Below are positions 1 through 13,460 of a stretch of 64,000 nt of DNA, one piece after another (within the stretch, counting starts at the first letter, position 1; each line of letters starts with the position of its first letter). The DNA comes from an uncultured delta proteobacterium (GTDB taxonomy: Bacteria; Myxococcota_A; Polyangia; Polyangiales; Polyangiaceae): the NCBI GenBank assembly GCA_963716725.1, contig CAVQUB010000027.1:80118-144117 (forward strand), written 5' to 3'. A program made the translations under genes and the position numbers. The notes beneath the pieces were generated by a model. It had not been told where the DNA came from. It did not search any database and saw only the letters and a program-made list of their open reading frames with translations.

Positions 1-2117
1 GCCGCGATGGGGGCGCCCGGCGCGGCAGACTGCCAGAGGTCCATGCACGCGAGGTCCGACGGCAAATTCCCTCGCACCCGCTCCGCCACCGCCTGGTCCG
101 CGATGAAGAGATTGGCGCCCGATGCCGCACGCAGATTCTCGACGACCTCGGCCTCGACGCCCGGTTCGAGGGGCACCACCGTCGCGCCGGCGTAGAGGAT
201 CCCGAAGAAGGCGACGGGCCACGCCGGATGATTTGCGCCAGCGAGCATCACCCGGTCGCCGGGCACCACGCCCTCCGCTCGCAAGCGCTCGGCACAGGCT
301 AGCGATCGCTCCCGCCACTCGCGGAAGCTGACGCGCGACAGTCCCGCGGCCTCGGTGCGCTGAAGCGCGACCGACAGATCGAAACGATCGGCCATCTCGT
401 CGAGCAGTAGCGTGAGGGTCGTGTGGGGCGCGGGGGCCCGGCGAGGGCGCTTCAGGCGCTCGTCGATCTGGGGAAATACCCACTTCTCCAGAGCCGGCAC
501 GTGGATCTCGAGGAACCAGTGCCGCCAATCGATCTGCTCGGGCTCCCAGTAGATCTTGGCCCGGTCCGCGTCCGACAGGCGCGACAAGGCTGCGCGCGTA
601 TTGTCGCAACGGAAGACGTAGTCGTAGACCGCGATGAAGGGCACAAACGCGCCGAGCACGTCGCCGACCCTGCGCTGGCCTTCGGCAAAGCTCTCCAGCG
701 CTTTGGCGGCGGGGTGAAAGAGCGGCGCCGCCGGGCCAACGGCCGCCTTCTTCAAGAGTCGCGCCGCGAAGCTCGCGCCCGCGGCGACCTTCTTGGGACC
801 GTAGGCCTCGAACTGCTTGTCGTCGAGCATCGCGCCCTCGAAGCGCGACTGCAGCGCGCTCAGGATCGGGCCGCCCCGCCCCGTGCGTTGGTAGTACTTC
901 CGCTTGTAGAGTCCGGTCAGCTCGTAGGCTCGGCGCACGGTGAAGGGATTGCTGTCGCTCGACCCGAGCTGATAAACGGGGCGGTGCGTGCCGTCGATGA
1001 GCTCACCAAGGGCCAACGTCATGCCGCCCGCCACCATGTCGCAGGGGATCACGTCGAGGTAGCTGTCGCTGCCGGGGAACTGGGTCTGGCCCTCGCGGAT
1101 CACGTAGATCAGCGGCGCGCTGGTGTTGATGCCCTCGTTCCAGCCCGGGAAGGGAAACTTCACGGTGCTCTCGACGATGGCCGGACGCACGATGGTGTGG
1201 GCAAGCTCGGATCGAGCCACGATCTGCTCACCGATGGCCTTGGTGTACGTGTACGTGTTCGGGAATCCCCAGAACTGAGCGCGCTCCATGCCCATCTCGG
1301 CCAGGCGCGCTTCGACGAACTTGCGCTTCACGCGCTCGACTTCGCTTTCGAGAGTGGTGCCCCGCGCGGGCTCGCCACGTCCCGCCAGGTTCTTCTTCGC
1401 TTCGTCCAGGAAGCGGCTCTGGCGGAATGCGTCGTTCGAGCGATGGCGAGCCTGCTCGATCACGTCGAGACACTCCTCGATCTCGCGGTCGGGATCCCAG
1501 TGCGCACGCTCGAGCTCGCCGGCTCGGGGGAAGGGGTGCGCGCGCGGGTCGGTCTCTTCGATGAATCCGGTGCGCGAGCCCGCGACGAAGCAGGTGCTCG
1601 TGTGGAGAAAAGGGGCATCGCCGAGATCGCGAGCGAGCGCCACCAAGTTCTGCACGCCAAATGCGTTCACCTCGAGCGCTTCGTCCAGGGGCGGATCGAA
1701 GTCGACGACGCCGCTCGCATTCACCACCGCGTCTACGGAGCCGCGAAGCTCGTCGCGCAGCGTGGCGTCGATCCCGCAGTAGGGCTGCACCACGTCACCC
1801 GCAATGGGCACGACCTTGTCACGGATGAAGGCATCGAACGCGGCTCCATGGCGCTCGCGCAAGGGGCGCATCACTTCGCTGCCGACGACCTCTTTCCAGA
1901 ACCGCTGCTCGGCGGTCTGATTGGCGCGCGGCCGCACCACCAGGTGGATGCGCTGCACCCAGGGGAAGTGGTGGAGCAGGAATGCCCACCAGACCTTGCC
2001 GAGGAAGCCTGTGCCTCCGATCACGACCAGGCGGCGCCCCGAGAGAGTGCGCCCGAGGTCGAGGGGCGGGCGCGCCCCGCTGTCGGGTTTTTGTTCAATC
2101 GGAGGGTGCTTGGGCAT
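1..2117 (-). CDS. Multidomain fatty acyl-CoA reductase (male-sterility/SDR) fused to an AMP-binding acyl-CoA ligase; ElbD-like ether-lipid synthase, runs off the left edge
   Basis: Manual minus-strand translation from ATG at 2117: MPKHPP...LVVIGGTGFLGKV (NAD motif), VVNASGVVDFDPPLDEALEVN, HTSTCFVAG, WGFPNTYTYTKAIGE (YxxxK), RPAIVES...PFPGW, then an AMP-ligase start (VPGDRVMLAGANHPAWPVAFFGIL). It is absent from the ORF track because it has no stop inside the window. Confidence 0.85.
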   Translation of the reverse strand, partial: MPKHPPIEQKPDSGARPPLDLGRTLSGRRLVVIGGTGFLGKVWWAFLLHHFPWVQRIHLVVRPRANQTAEQRFWKEVVGSEVMRPLRERHGAAFDAFIRDKVVPIAGDVVQPYCGIDATLRDELRGSVDAVVNASGVVDFDPPLDEALEVNAFGVQNLVALARDLGDAPFLHTSTCFVAGSRTGFIEETDPRAHPFPRAGELERAHWDPDREIEECLDVIEQARHRSNDAFRQSRFLDEAKKNLAGRGEPARGTTLESEVERVKRKFVEARLAEMGMERAQFWGFPNTYTYTKAIGEQIVARSELAHTIVRPAIVESTVKFPFPGWNEGINTSAPLIYVIREGQTQFPGSDSYLDVIPCDMVAGGMTLALGELIDGTHRPVYQLGSSDSNPFTVRRAYELTGLYKRKYYQRTGRGGPILSALQSRFEGAMLDDKQFEAYGPKKVAAGASFAARLLKKAAVGPAAPLFHPAAKALESFAEGQRRVGDVLGAFVPFIAVYDYVFRCDNTRAALSRLSDADRAKIYWEPEQIDWRHWFLEIHVPALEKWVFPQIDERLKRPRRAPAPHTTLTLLLDEMADRFDLSVALQRTEAAGLSRVSFREWRERSLACAERLRAEGVVPGDRVMLAGANHPAWPVAFFGILYAGATVVPLEPGVEAEVVENLRAASGANLFIADQAVAERVRGNLPSDLACMDLWQSAAPGAPIA

Positions 2118-2223
2118 GCGGAAAGGACCTTCGGTCACCCATGCCGGCCCGGGAGTCAAGGCCTGCCGCGTCGCGTCGCTCTTCGGGCGTAACCGGGGGA
2201 CACTCCCGGACGTAGTTGCCGTG

Positions 2224-3231
2224 ATGAGACAGCTTGCTTGGGCGGTTGCGGCCTTCTTTGTCGCGCAGGCGGGCATCGCCCACGCGTTCGTCGGCACGCC
2301 GGTCGGTGGACACCCTGGAGAGCTCGACGTGAACGCCGTGGTCACGGCCGAGCGTGGCAAGACCGAGCCGAACGAAAACCAAGCGTCGTTCATGAAGACC
2401 CGCGGTTGGTACGAGTACAAGCTGGGCGCGGGCTACACCTTCGGCGATCTCGGACCGCTCCAGTTTTTCTCGGCTCGCCTCGAGGCGACCTACTACCAGA
2501 CGCCGGCGGAGAAGAACGACCCCGACGAATGGCAAGTCGGCGCGCCGGGCTCGTCGCCCCCGGGAAGCATCGGCTCCGAATGCAGCGCGGGCGCCAAGTA
2601 TCTGGGCGGCGGCGTCTGCGAGTTCTACCCCGAAGACACCGGGACCATCGCCACGGCGACCGTCTCGTTCGCGGCGGTGCATGACCCCAAGTTCGCCCTC
2701 GGGTTCTTCTTGAAAGGCAGCGTTCCCTTCGGAATGGACCTCGACAAGTTCGAGAACCCGCGCCTCGACTACTTCGCAGGAGGCACGAACGTGAGCGTCG
2801 AGCTCCAGAACTGGCTGCTCCTCGAGACCACGATTTTCTTGGGCTCGGGGACGCGTCCCTTCGGAAAAGAGCAGAACGGGGCCGCGGCCCTCAGCGCCCT
2901 GTTCGACTTCAAGACCCGGCGTTGGCTCTTGCCGTGGAAGGCCGGCATCAAGATCGGACCCTACGTCGAGGGCGACATCCACGAGCGCTACGACGAACGC
3001 TACGATCGCGCCTTCAGCCCCGCGGTCCTGCCGCAACCCGGCGCCCAGCCCGCGCAGTACCGCGACCGCATTCGAGCAGCACGCTTCGCGATGGCAGCGC
3101 TGCCCTACTTCCTGGTAACCCCGCACCTGTCGGTCGAGGCGGGCTACATTCAGAAGTTCTTCGGCTACGATGCCCGCGCGACGCAGGTCTACTTCGTCGG
3201 GCTCCGCGGCTTGATGAGCGTGGGCAACTGA
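2224..3231 (+). CDS. Secreted or outer-membrane beta-barrel-like hypothetical protein
   Basis: Signal peptide MRQLAWAVAAFFVAQAGIAHA; alternating aromatic beta-strands; C-terminal VYFVGLRGL; GC-rich third codon positions. Confidence 0.65.
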   Translation: MRQLAWAVAAFFVAQAGIAHAFVGTPVGGHPGELDVNAVVTAERGKTEPNENQASFMKTRGWYEYKLGAGYTFGDLGPLQFFSARLEATYYQTPAEKNDPDEWQVGAPGSSPPGSIGSECSAGAKYLGGGVCEFYPEDTGTIATATVSFAAVHDPKFALGFFLKGSVPFGMDLDKFENPRLDYFAGGTNVSVELQNWLLLETTIFLGSGTRPFGKEQNGAAALSALFDFKTRRWLLPWKAGIKIGPYVEGDIHERYDERYDRAFSPAVLPQPGAQPAQYRDRIRAARFAMAALPYFLVTPHLSVEAGYIQKFFGYDARATQVYFVGLRGLMSVGN

Positions 3232-3439
3232 AGAGCTGTCGAAGCTCGCATTCTTGACCTGTTCTTCAGGCACGACGAAGTCGTGCTCGCGGGGACGGGC
3301 GCGGTGCTCGAGATCGAGATCAAGACGGGGTCGAGCAAGCTGCTGGCTGCCACCAGCAATGCGTGGTGGGGCGCCGGCGTAGCGACTCGGCTCTAGAGTC
3401 TCGCCGCGCGGCGAATTTCCGCGCTAGACTCCGCAGGCC

Positions 3440-5062
<1,623 letters not shown>

Positions 5063-5065
5063 ACC

Positions 5066-5881
5066 GTGGCCGCGCTGATCATCGACTCGGCCTATCACCC
5101 GATCCTGCTGTTCGGGTTGGCATCGAACGCTTACAGTTTCGTGCTGGTGACGCTGGCGTTGAAGCGGGGCGACTGGCTGACCGATTCGCAGTTCTCACTC
5201 ACCAAGTTCTACGTACTGATGGGCTGGGTGCCCCTCGCCTTCCTGGCGCTCTCGCTGGTGATCAGCCCACGCTATCTGTTGCTGTTCGTGGCCACCGGGC
5301 TCATGGGCATCGTCGGCGAGCTCATCGTCTCGGTGGTTTGGCGTCGCTTCTTCGCGGAGCCGATTTGGACCTACAGCTACCGTTCCGTGCTCTCGGGCTA
5401 CACCAGCACCCTGAACTTCTTCCCGTGGACGGTTGGCGCGCTCTTGTTCTGCGAGACCCGGCGCGTGCTGCGTGGTCCGGCACCCGAAGCCTGGACCTTG
5501 GATCGGCCCATGTGGATCGCCGCGGCGGCGCTGGCGGTCGGCCTGCTCGTCGCGTGGCCCCTCAGTCGACTCACCAGCGCCCGCGAGCGACGCTTCACGC
5601 GCGGCGCGTTCGCCGTCTTCTGCATCCCCATCGCGTCAGCGGCGCTGGCCCTCGGCTGGTGGGTGAGCCCGCACTACCTGCTATTGATGGCGGCCTTCGC
5701 CGGGATCGGCTTCTTCACCGAGTACACCTACGGCCGCGGCATGAGCCTGTTCTTCGAGCGGGGGTTGTGGACCTACAACCACTGGAAGATCGATCAGGGA
5801 CACTCGAGCTTCGTGACGTTTCCGCTGTGGGCGCTCGGCGGCCTGTATTTCCACTTCGTGGCAGGCTTCGTGGGGCTGTGA
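5066..5881 (+). CDS. Integral membrane protein with an internal duplication
   Basis: Multiple TM segments; repeated motif IWTYSY..SGYTS...FFPW and LWTYNH..QGHSS...FPLW. Confidence 0.7.
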   Translation: MAALIIDSAYHPILLFGLASNAYSFVLVTLALKRGDWLTDSQFSLTKFYVLMGWVPLAFLALSLVISPRYLLLFVATGLMGIVGELIVSVVWRRFFAEPIWTYSYRSVLSGYTSTLNFFPWTVGALLFCETRRVLRGPAPEAWTLDRPMWIAAAALAVGLLVAWPLSRLTSARERRFTRGAFAVFCIPIASAALALGWWVSPHYLLLMAAFAGIGFFTEYTYGRGMSLFFERGLWTYNHWKIDQGHSSFVTFPLWALGGLYFHFVAGFVGL

Positions 5882-5910
5882 CTCAGAGGCGACCCGTGGT
5901 TGCGTGAGCG

Positions 5911-6312
5911 CTATTTGCAGGCCTTCGCGCACTCGTCGAAGGCCGCCTGGCATTGCGTCGGATCCGCAAACTTGGGCAGGCCGCCCTCAGTCGTTCCCGG
6001 CAACAGGCAGGCCTGCAACACCCCCTGACACTTCGAGGCGCAGGCCGCGCTCTTACCGCCGCCGGCGTCGGCGGGCGCGCTTGCGTCCTTGGCTCCGGCA
6101 TCGGTCTTCTTGGTGCTGACCGTCGTGGGCGTCGGCGTCGGTGTCGACGTCGCGCCGCTCGCCGCCGGTTCGACGGTGGGAGTCGGCTCGGCTGTGGTGG
6201 CTGTCGGCGTCGGCTCGGGTGGAGGCAACGCGGGCGTCGGCTCCTCCTTCTTGAACATCTTGCAGGCGAGCAGCGCTGCGACGAGGACCCCCAAGTGAAT
6301 CGTGGAGCGCAT
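5911..6312 (-). CDS. Small lipoprotein with a Pro/Thr linker and Cys-rich C-terminus
   Basis: Lipobox LLAC; C-terminal CASKC...C...C...C...C. Confidence 0.75.
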   Translation of the reverse strand: MRSTIHLGVLVAALLACKMFKKEEPTPALPPPEPTPTATTAEPTPTVEPAASGATSTPTPTPTTVSTKKTDAGAKDASAPADAGGGKSAACASKCQGVLQACLLPGTTEGGLPKFADPTQCQAAFDECAKACK

Positions 6313-6368
6313 GAGCGGGGGACTATACGACGAAGGTCGGTGCTCTGCGCGGGATTCCTGGCCGGTGA

Positions 6369-7574
6369 TTAGCGCAAGATCCCCAGCGCGCGCGGGCTGT
6401 GCCCGGGGATCACCCCCCCTGGGTCGCGGGCCCCGAGGTGTCGCTCGGAGATCTCCGCGAGCACGTCGCGGTAGTCGGTGGTGACGGCGAGGTCACGCCC
6501 CTCGTAGCGTTGCTCCGGCGCCAGGCCAGGCCAGGTGCCATGCACCCTTCCTCCGCGCACCGGCCCGCCGAGCAGCAGCATCGCCGAGCCGTGACCGTGG
6601 TCGGTACCTCCGGTTCCATTCTCGGCGACGGTGCGCCCGAACTCGGTCATCACGAGCACGACCACTCGCTCGAGATCGCGGCCGAGATCCTTGCGGAACG
6701 CCGCCAGGCCTTTGGCGAGCGCGTCGAAGGCGCGCGGCAATCGCCCGCCGTCGGCGCCGCCCTGTCCCTGATGCGTGTCCCAACCGCCGGCGTCGATCCA
6801 CGCCACGCGCAGCCCCACATCAGCGCGCACCAGTCGGGCGATATCCGCCAGGCCTCTCGCGGCCTCGGGGTAGCCGGCTCTAGCGCTGGTCTGCTCCAGG
6901 CTCTTCAGGCGCCTGGCGGCGCCGAGAGCGTCGCGGCCCGCGATCGTGACGGCGTCGTCCCCCTTGGCGTAGAGCGCGTTGAACGCGCGATCGAGCCGCG
7001 CGTTCAGGCGCTTCGGCGCGCGGAGGCGGAACGCGTCGAGACGCGCCGCGGTCACCACATCCACGCCGCCTCGGAGCCCGAGGGGGCGCTTGTCCGACAA
7101 GGCGACGACACCGAGCGGGGTCGAGGGCTTGCCGGCGCTCACCAGCGAGCGCGCGAGCCAGCCGCTCCGGGTCGAAGGCTGGCCCGGTGTGGCCGTCTCG
7201 GCGTAGTCCTGGGCCTCGAAGTGCGAGCGCGTCGCGTGGTGCGAACCGACGGCGTGCACGATCGCCAGCTCACCGGCGCGGTAGGCAGGTTCGAGCGGAG
7301 CGAGGCGCGGGTGCAAGCCGAAGCGGCCATCGAGATCGATGGCGCCGCCGGGCTTGCCCGGCCGGCCGACGGCGATGGCGCGCCGAGCGTTGTAGTAGTC
7401 GGGGTCGGCGTGGGGCACGGCCAGACTCAGCCCGTCGACGCCCCCGCGCAGGAAGATCACGACGAGAACGCGCTTGCCCGCGGCTGGCGCAGCCAGCGCG
7501 AAGTCCGGCACCGCCAGCGTCATGGCCCCGGCACCGGCGGAGCTGAGCAGAGATCGTCGCGACAACTTGATCAT
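6369..7574 (-). CDS. DUF1501 family protein (Tat-exported)
   Basis: SRRSLL Tat motif; LVVIFLRGGVDGLS, RSHFEAQD, GGWDTH, TEFGRT..ENGTGGTDHGHG. Confidence 0.92.
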   Translation of the reverse strand: MIKLSRRSLLSSAGAGAMTLAVPDFALAAPAAGKRVLVVIFLRGGVDGLSLAVPHADPDYYNARRAIAVGRPGKPGGAIDLDGRFGLHPRLAPLEPAYRAGELAIVHAVGSHHATRSHFEAQDYAETATPGQPSTRSGWLARSLVSAGKPSTPLGVVALSDKRPLGLRGGVDVVTAARLDAFRLRAPKRLNARLDRAFNALYAKGDDAVTIAGRDALGAARRLKSLEQTSARAGYPEAARGLADIARLVRADVGLRVAWIDAGGWDTHQGQGGADGGRLPRAFDALAKGLAAFRKDLGRDLERVVVLVMTEFGRTVAENGTGGTDHGHGSAMLLLGGPVRGGRVHGTWPGLAPEQRYEGRDLAVTTDYRDVLAEISERHLGARDPGGVIPGHSPRALGILR

Positions 7575-7581
7575 GCTGACC

Positions 7582-9129
7582 TCACTGGCGTTGGTACTCG
7601 GGGCTCCCGAGCAGGAGCGCGACGGCGACCGTACGCCGTTCGTCGGGCTCGTCGAGTCCATCGAGCGCGCGGGCGATGGTCGAAACCGTTTCCGGTCGCG
7701 CGCGACCGCCCAACAGGAGCGAGCTCGCCCGAGGCACCAGCCCAGCTCCCGTCTCCGGCAATGCCGCGGCGAGATCGAGAGACAGTCCGGGCAGCTTGCC
7801 GGCCGCGAGCATCGAGGCGAAGCTCATCCGTGAAAGCAGCCCGTTGGTGCTGACCCACTCCGACTCGGCTTCGGGATGTCCGGTCGGCACGCTCTCCAGC
7901 AAGATGGGTTCCCCCATGCGCTCGAGCACCCGGGCCAGCGCGAGGCTTCCGTCCGGACGCCCGCCCAACGCGCGGGCCGAGCTGACCACCAACTCGAGCG
8001 GCGACTTGAGCTTGTTGCCGCGGGCGGCGGCGCTCCAGAAGCTATCGTGCTCCGCCACGCCGCGTACGACTCGCGCGATGTCGCCGTTCGTCTCCCGGTA
8101 GGTCCGGGCGGCGGACTCCACGCACGAGGAAGGCGGCTCGTCGGCGACGAAGCGGACGCATAGCTTGCGCGCGAGGTGACGCGCCGTGCTCGGGTGTTTG
8201 GCCAAAATGGCGATCAGCGCGCGGCCTTCGTCCTCGCCGCCGCCGGCCGCGAAGCGCTGACCCAGCACCGTCTTTTCGGAGCCGTCGTGGGCAGCGGTAC
8301 GGAACAGGAAGCCGACGCCACCTTCTCGAGGGCGGCGCACGCTCCAGCCGGTGAGGACTCGCGCAGCGCCTCGAACGTCGGCTTGAGCGAATCCCCCGTC
8401 CACGCCCAAGGTATGAAGCTCGAGCAGCTCGCGCGCGTAGTTCTCGTTCAGCCCGCCGCGCACTTCGCCATCCGGCATCTGCTTTTCGACCCGACTCCTC
8501 GCATTGTCGAGGTACAGCAGCATGGCCGGGTGACGCGCGGTCGCGAGCAAGAGGTCCTCGAATCGCCCCAGGGCGTTGGGTCGAAGCGCACGCTCGATGA
8601 AGTCACCGGCAAAGAGTCGAACCAGGCCCTTGCGAGCGAACACGTTGAAGTGGTTGGTCCAGAAGTCGACCAGCACTTCTTCGAGCTGCCGTTCGCTCAG
8701 GATGTGACGGGTGACTTCGGCCAGGGCGACTTCGGCGATCTGACCCTTGGCGTTTTTGCGCGCGCGCTTCTGAACGTTCCCGGTCTCCTCCTGCCAGTCC
8801 TCTCCGAGCCAACGGTCGAGGAGATCCTGCGGCGTCTCGAGGGCGCGGCGGTAGGGCGCCAGCGCCTGCTCGAGCGATGCATCGGGTTTCCGCGGCGCGA
8901 GCTGCTCGTCGAGCCACACGCCGACGCCGCCTTGGGCCACCCGCGCTGCGTCACCTGGCCGCGGTCCGAATCCAAAACGATTGAGCAGGTGGTGGCCGTC
9001 GGCCACGGTCCGAGTCGCAGCCGCGGGCCCAGCGCTGGCCAACGGGGGCGTTGGTGCCGGCGCGTGCGCACACGCGACCAGCGACAATCCCGCCGCGAAC
9101 GCCGCCAACGAACCCCTGAGCTTTCCCAC
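7582..9129 (-). CDS. DUF1800 family lipoprotein
   Basis: HLLNRFGFGPRPGD, FWTNHFNV, HPAMLLYLDN, NENYARELLELHTLG, KLKSPLE, SPEYQRQ; directly upstream of DUF1501. Confidence 0.92.
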   Translation of the reverse strand: MGKLRGSLAAFAAGLSLVACAHAPAPTPPLASAGPAAATRTVADGHHLLNRFGFGPRPGDAARVAQGGVGVWLDEQLAPRKPDASLEQALAPYRRALETPQDLLDRWLGEDWQEETGNVQKRARKNAKGQIAEVALAEVTRHILSERQLEEVLVDFWTNHFNVFARKGLVRLFAGDFIERALRPNALGRFEDLLLATARHPAMLLYLDNARSRVEKQMPDGEVRGGLNENYARELLELHTLGVDGGFAQADVRGAARVLTGWSVRRPREGGVGFLFRTAAHDGSEKTVLGQRFAAGGGEDEGRALIAILAKHPSTARHLARKLCVRFVADEPPSSCVESAARTYRETNGDIARVVRGVAEHDSFWSAAARGNKLKSPLELVVSSARALGGRPDGSLALARVLERMGEPILLESVPTGHPEAESEWVSTNGLLSRMSFASMLAAGKLPGLSLDLAAALPETGAGLVPRASSLLLGGRARPETVSTIARALDGLDEPDERRTVAVALLLGSPEYQRQ

Positions 9130-9159
9130 ACCCGGCCTATGCCGGGCAGCGGGCGGCCG

Positions 9160-10742
<1,583 letters not shown>

Positions 10743-10746
<4 letters not shown>

Positions 10747-11411
10747 GACGATGCTCTCAGGTCGAAGCTGGGCCAGCTGTAGGCCTTGGCGAGGAGCTCG
10801 AGCCGCCGGTCGGGGTTCACCGCGGCGGGATGACCGACCACGCTCAGCATCGGCAAGTCGGAGTAGCTGTCGCTGTAGGCGTAGCAGTCGTCGAGGTCGT
10901 GCGCGTTGGCCCGCGCGTGGTCGCGGATGAGCCGCGCCTTCTCGGGTCCGGCCACCACGGGTTTCTCGAGCTTGCCGGTGGCGCGCCCGTCCTTCATCTC
11001 CAGGCGGTTGGCGATGACCTCGTGCGCCCCGAGGTGGTCGGCCAGGCGCTTCGCGATGAAGTCGAGCGCTCCCGACATCAGCACGACCACGTTGCCGCGG
11101 TCGACGTTCTTCCGGACCAGATCCCTCGCCGCGGGAAAGATCGACGGCTTCAACACTTTGTCGAAGACCTCGTCCGAGAGCAGCACCAGGCGATCCTCGC
11201 TCATGCCTTCGTAGGAGCTGTAGAGCAGCTCGTTGAAGGTGCGGCGATCGGCCATCTCGGCCACACCCATCGCGGGTGCTCTGAGCAGTGCGCGCCCGAA
11301 CCTGAGCGCGGTCTGAACCGGCGTGGCCTGGTTTAGCAGGTAGAACAAGGTCGGGTGCACGAGGTTCGTGCTGACCAGCGTTCCGTCGACGTCGAAGTAG
11401 CTCGCGGCCAA
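10743..11411 (-). CDS. HAD-IB family hydrolase (phosphatase), ElbB-like
   Basis: Probable TTG start at 11411: MAASYFDVDGTL (motif I), SGALD, K, AYSDSYSDLPMLSVVGHPAAVNPD; ATGA overlap with the LarA-domain gene. Confidence 0.88.
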
Positions 11412-11475
11412 GGGGCGCGCACGGTTGTGCGACCACCCGCCCGCGTCAAGCGCTGGTCGACGCGAACTCGGCTTC

Positions 11476-12231
11476 TCACTTGGGCGGCAGCGCGGATCCC
11501 TGCGGCATCTCCAGCTCGGCGCTGATGCGACGGAGCGCTCGCGCCGCCTCGCTGCGAAGGTCGCGGCCGAGCTCTCGCGTGAGGCGCGCACGGGTATCCG
11601 ACTTCAGCCGCGGGGCCAGCGGGGCGGAGCTGACGTCGTTCTTGACCACGAGCAGGGTCTGGCAGAGCGCGGCGCCCGAGCGCGCCTCATGGATCGCGAA
11701 CCACGCCACGATCGTGCCCGGCAGCCACTCCCAGCGTCCCCGGTCGGTGCGAAAGACGCGGTCGGCCGCGAAGTGTTCGGTGACGTGGAACACGCCGACA
11801 AAACGACTCGCCGCGAGCGCCGAGATTTCGTCGACGACGCCAGCCGGGGGAGGCTGCCCCGGGGGCGACAGCGCCAGCGTGTCCCGCAGCTCGTGCAACT
11901 TTGGCTGGGTCAACGGGCCGGTCAGAGCCAGCGGCAGCAGGTCCTTCTTCTCGAAGCGTGCGTCGCGGAGCACCAGCGCGAGCACGCGCTGCTCTTGCGA
12001 CGACCCTTCCCAGCTCGAGTCGTCGCACCTCTGCTCCCGCGCCGAGCCCAGCGCCGGCCACTCCTTGGAGATCCACCGATTCAGAGTCGTGCCCAGCGTG
12101 GGATCTACGGGGGCCACGGCGGGAGCGCGATCAGGCAGGGCGGCGACTTCGACGGGCGCGGCCGGTTCGCCGCTGCAGCCGCCGAGAACCACGGCGGCGG
12201 CCAGCGCAAGCACTCGAGTCCATTGGCTCAC
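11476..12231 (-). CDS. Hypothetical lipoprotein
   Basis: GTG start; lipobox VLGGC; coding-like composition. Confidence 0.6.
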   Translation of the reverse strand: MSQWTRVLALAAAVVLGGCSGEPAAPVEVAALPDRAPAVAPVDPTLGTTLNRWISKEWPALGSAREQRCDDSSWEGSSQEQRVLALVLRDARFEKKDLLPLALTGPLTQPKLHELRDTLALSPPGQPPPAGVVDEISALAASRFVGVFHVTEHFAADRVFRTDRGRWEWLPGTIVAWFAIHEARSGAALCQTLLVVKNDVSSAPLAPRLKSDTRARLTRELGRDLRSEAARALRRISAELEMPQGSALPPK

Positions 12232-12299
12232 GCCCCGTTGAAACAAAGGCTCGGGCGATGGGCCAAGATCTCGGCGACCAAGCCGTCTAGACTCGCGCG

Positions 12300-13419
12300 G
12301 TGCACCTGATTCAAAGCGAGCAAGAGCTGGCCGATGTCGCCAGGACCCTCTCCGATGCAACGACGCTCTACCTGGACACCGAGTTCGATTCGACGCGCGA
12401 CGGCAAGACGCTGTGCCTCCTCCAGATCTCGAAGGGCGAGCGCGTGCACCTGGTCGACACCCTACGCCTCGGCTCACTGAGCCCGCTGCGCGAGATCTTG
12501 TCAGACCCAGGCCGCCAGTGGGTCCTGCACGCCGGCTCGCAAGACGTCGACCTGCTCGCCACGCGCTTCGAACTCGCTACGCCGCCCCGCGTCTTCGACA
12601 CGCAGGTGGCCTGGGCCCTGACCACGGTGGAGCACAGCGTCTCGCTCGCTTACCTGAAATTTCAATTGCTGGGAGTCCGCAGCGGCAAGTCACACCAGGC
12701 CGACGACTGGATCCGTCGCCCACTGCCCGAGGCCCAGCTCGCCTACGCCGCCGCCGACATCGAGGAGCTGCCCGCGATGCACCGCGCGCTGGGCGAGCGC
12801 CTGGCCGAGCGCGGGCGCTCGACTCTGATTTTCAACGCCAGCCACGAGGTCAATTGGCCTGCTCGCGAGTCCGCAGAGCCGCTCGCCGTCGAGGACTTCC
12901 GCAACGCTTGGCAGCTCGACGCCCACAGTCAGGCCGCGCTCCGACATTTGATCGCCTGGTACAACGCCCTCGACGATCGAGAGCGGTCGCTGGCGCCCGA
13001 CGCCAAGACCCTGCTGGCGATCGCCGGCCGGTTGCCCGAGACCGGCGCCGATCTCTCACGCATCAAGGGCGTGAACCGCCGCTTCGCCGCGGAGCGGGGC
13101 GATCGTCTCGTCGCCGGCCTGCAGCGCGCGGCCGCCGACGCGGACACCGGCGGATTCGTGCCCATCGATTCCTCCCCCCTACGCCACCGCCGACGAGGTG
13201 CGCCTGGACGGTTGGCTCTCCCTCGCCCGCGCAGAGATCAGCGCGAACCTGGAGGTGGCTCCGGAGCTCGCGTTTCCGGGCCGGCTGATGCGAAAGATCA
13301 GATCGCGCATCGTGGAGACGGGCGCTCGCGCCCAGGGCGCGGAGGTCTTCGACGGTTGGCGCCGTGAGCTGATATCACCGGCCTTCGTGGACTTCGCGAG
13401 ACGCAGCGGCGACGCCTGA
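12300..13419 (+). CDS. rnd: Ribonuclease D (3'-5' exonuclease plus HRDC); frameshift near the C-run at about 13175
   Basis: YLDTEF, LCLLQI, VLHAGSQD, FDTQVA, DW..RPL..AQL.YAAAD; continues in ORF 13198-13419 (FDGWRREL). Confidence 0.88.
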
Positions 13420-13460
13420 GGCCGCTGCCCTCCCCGGCCTCCGCCTGGTAGACTGCGCGC

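Noticed and set aside
423..2192. 589-aa plus-strand ORF, and other long antisense ORFs such as 6399-7853, 8176-9564 and 13479-14681
   Set aside because: Shadow ORFs opposite real genes, expected in high-GC DNA; no recognisable motifs
13170..13200. Programmed frameshifting in rnd, PAD or S46
   Set aside because: Single indels, at least one in a homopolymer run, with no classic slippery site; sequencing error is simpler
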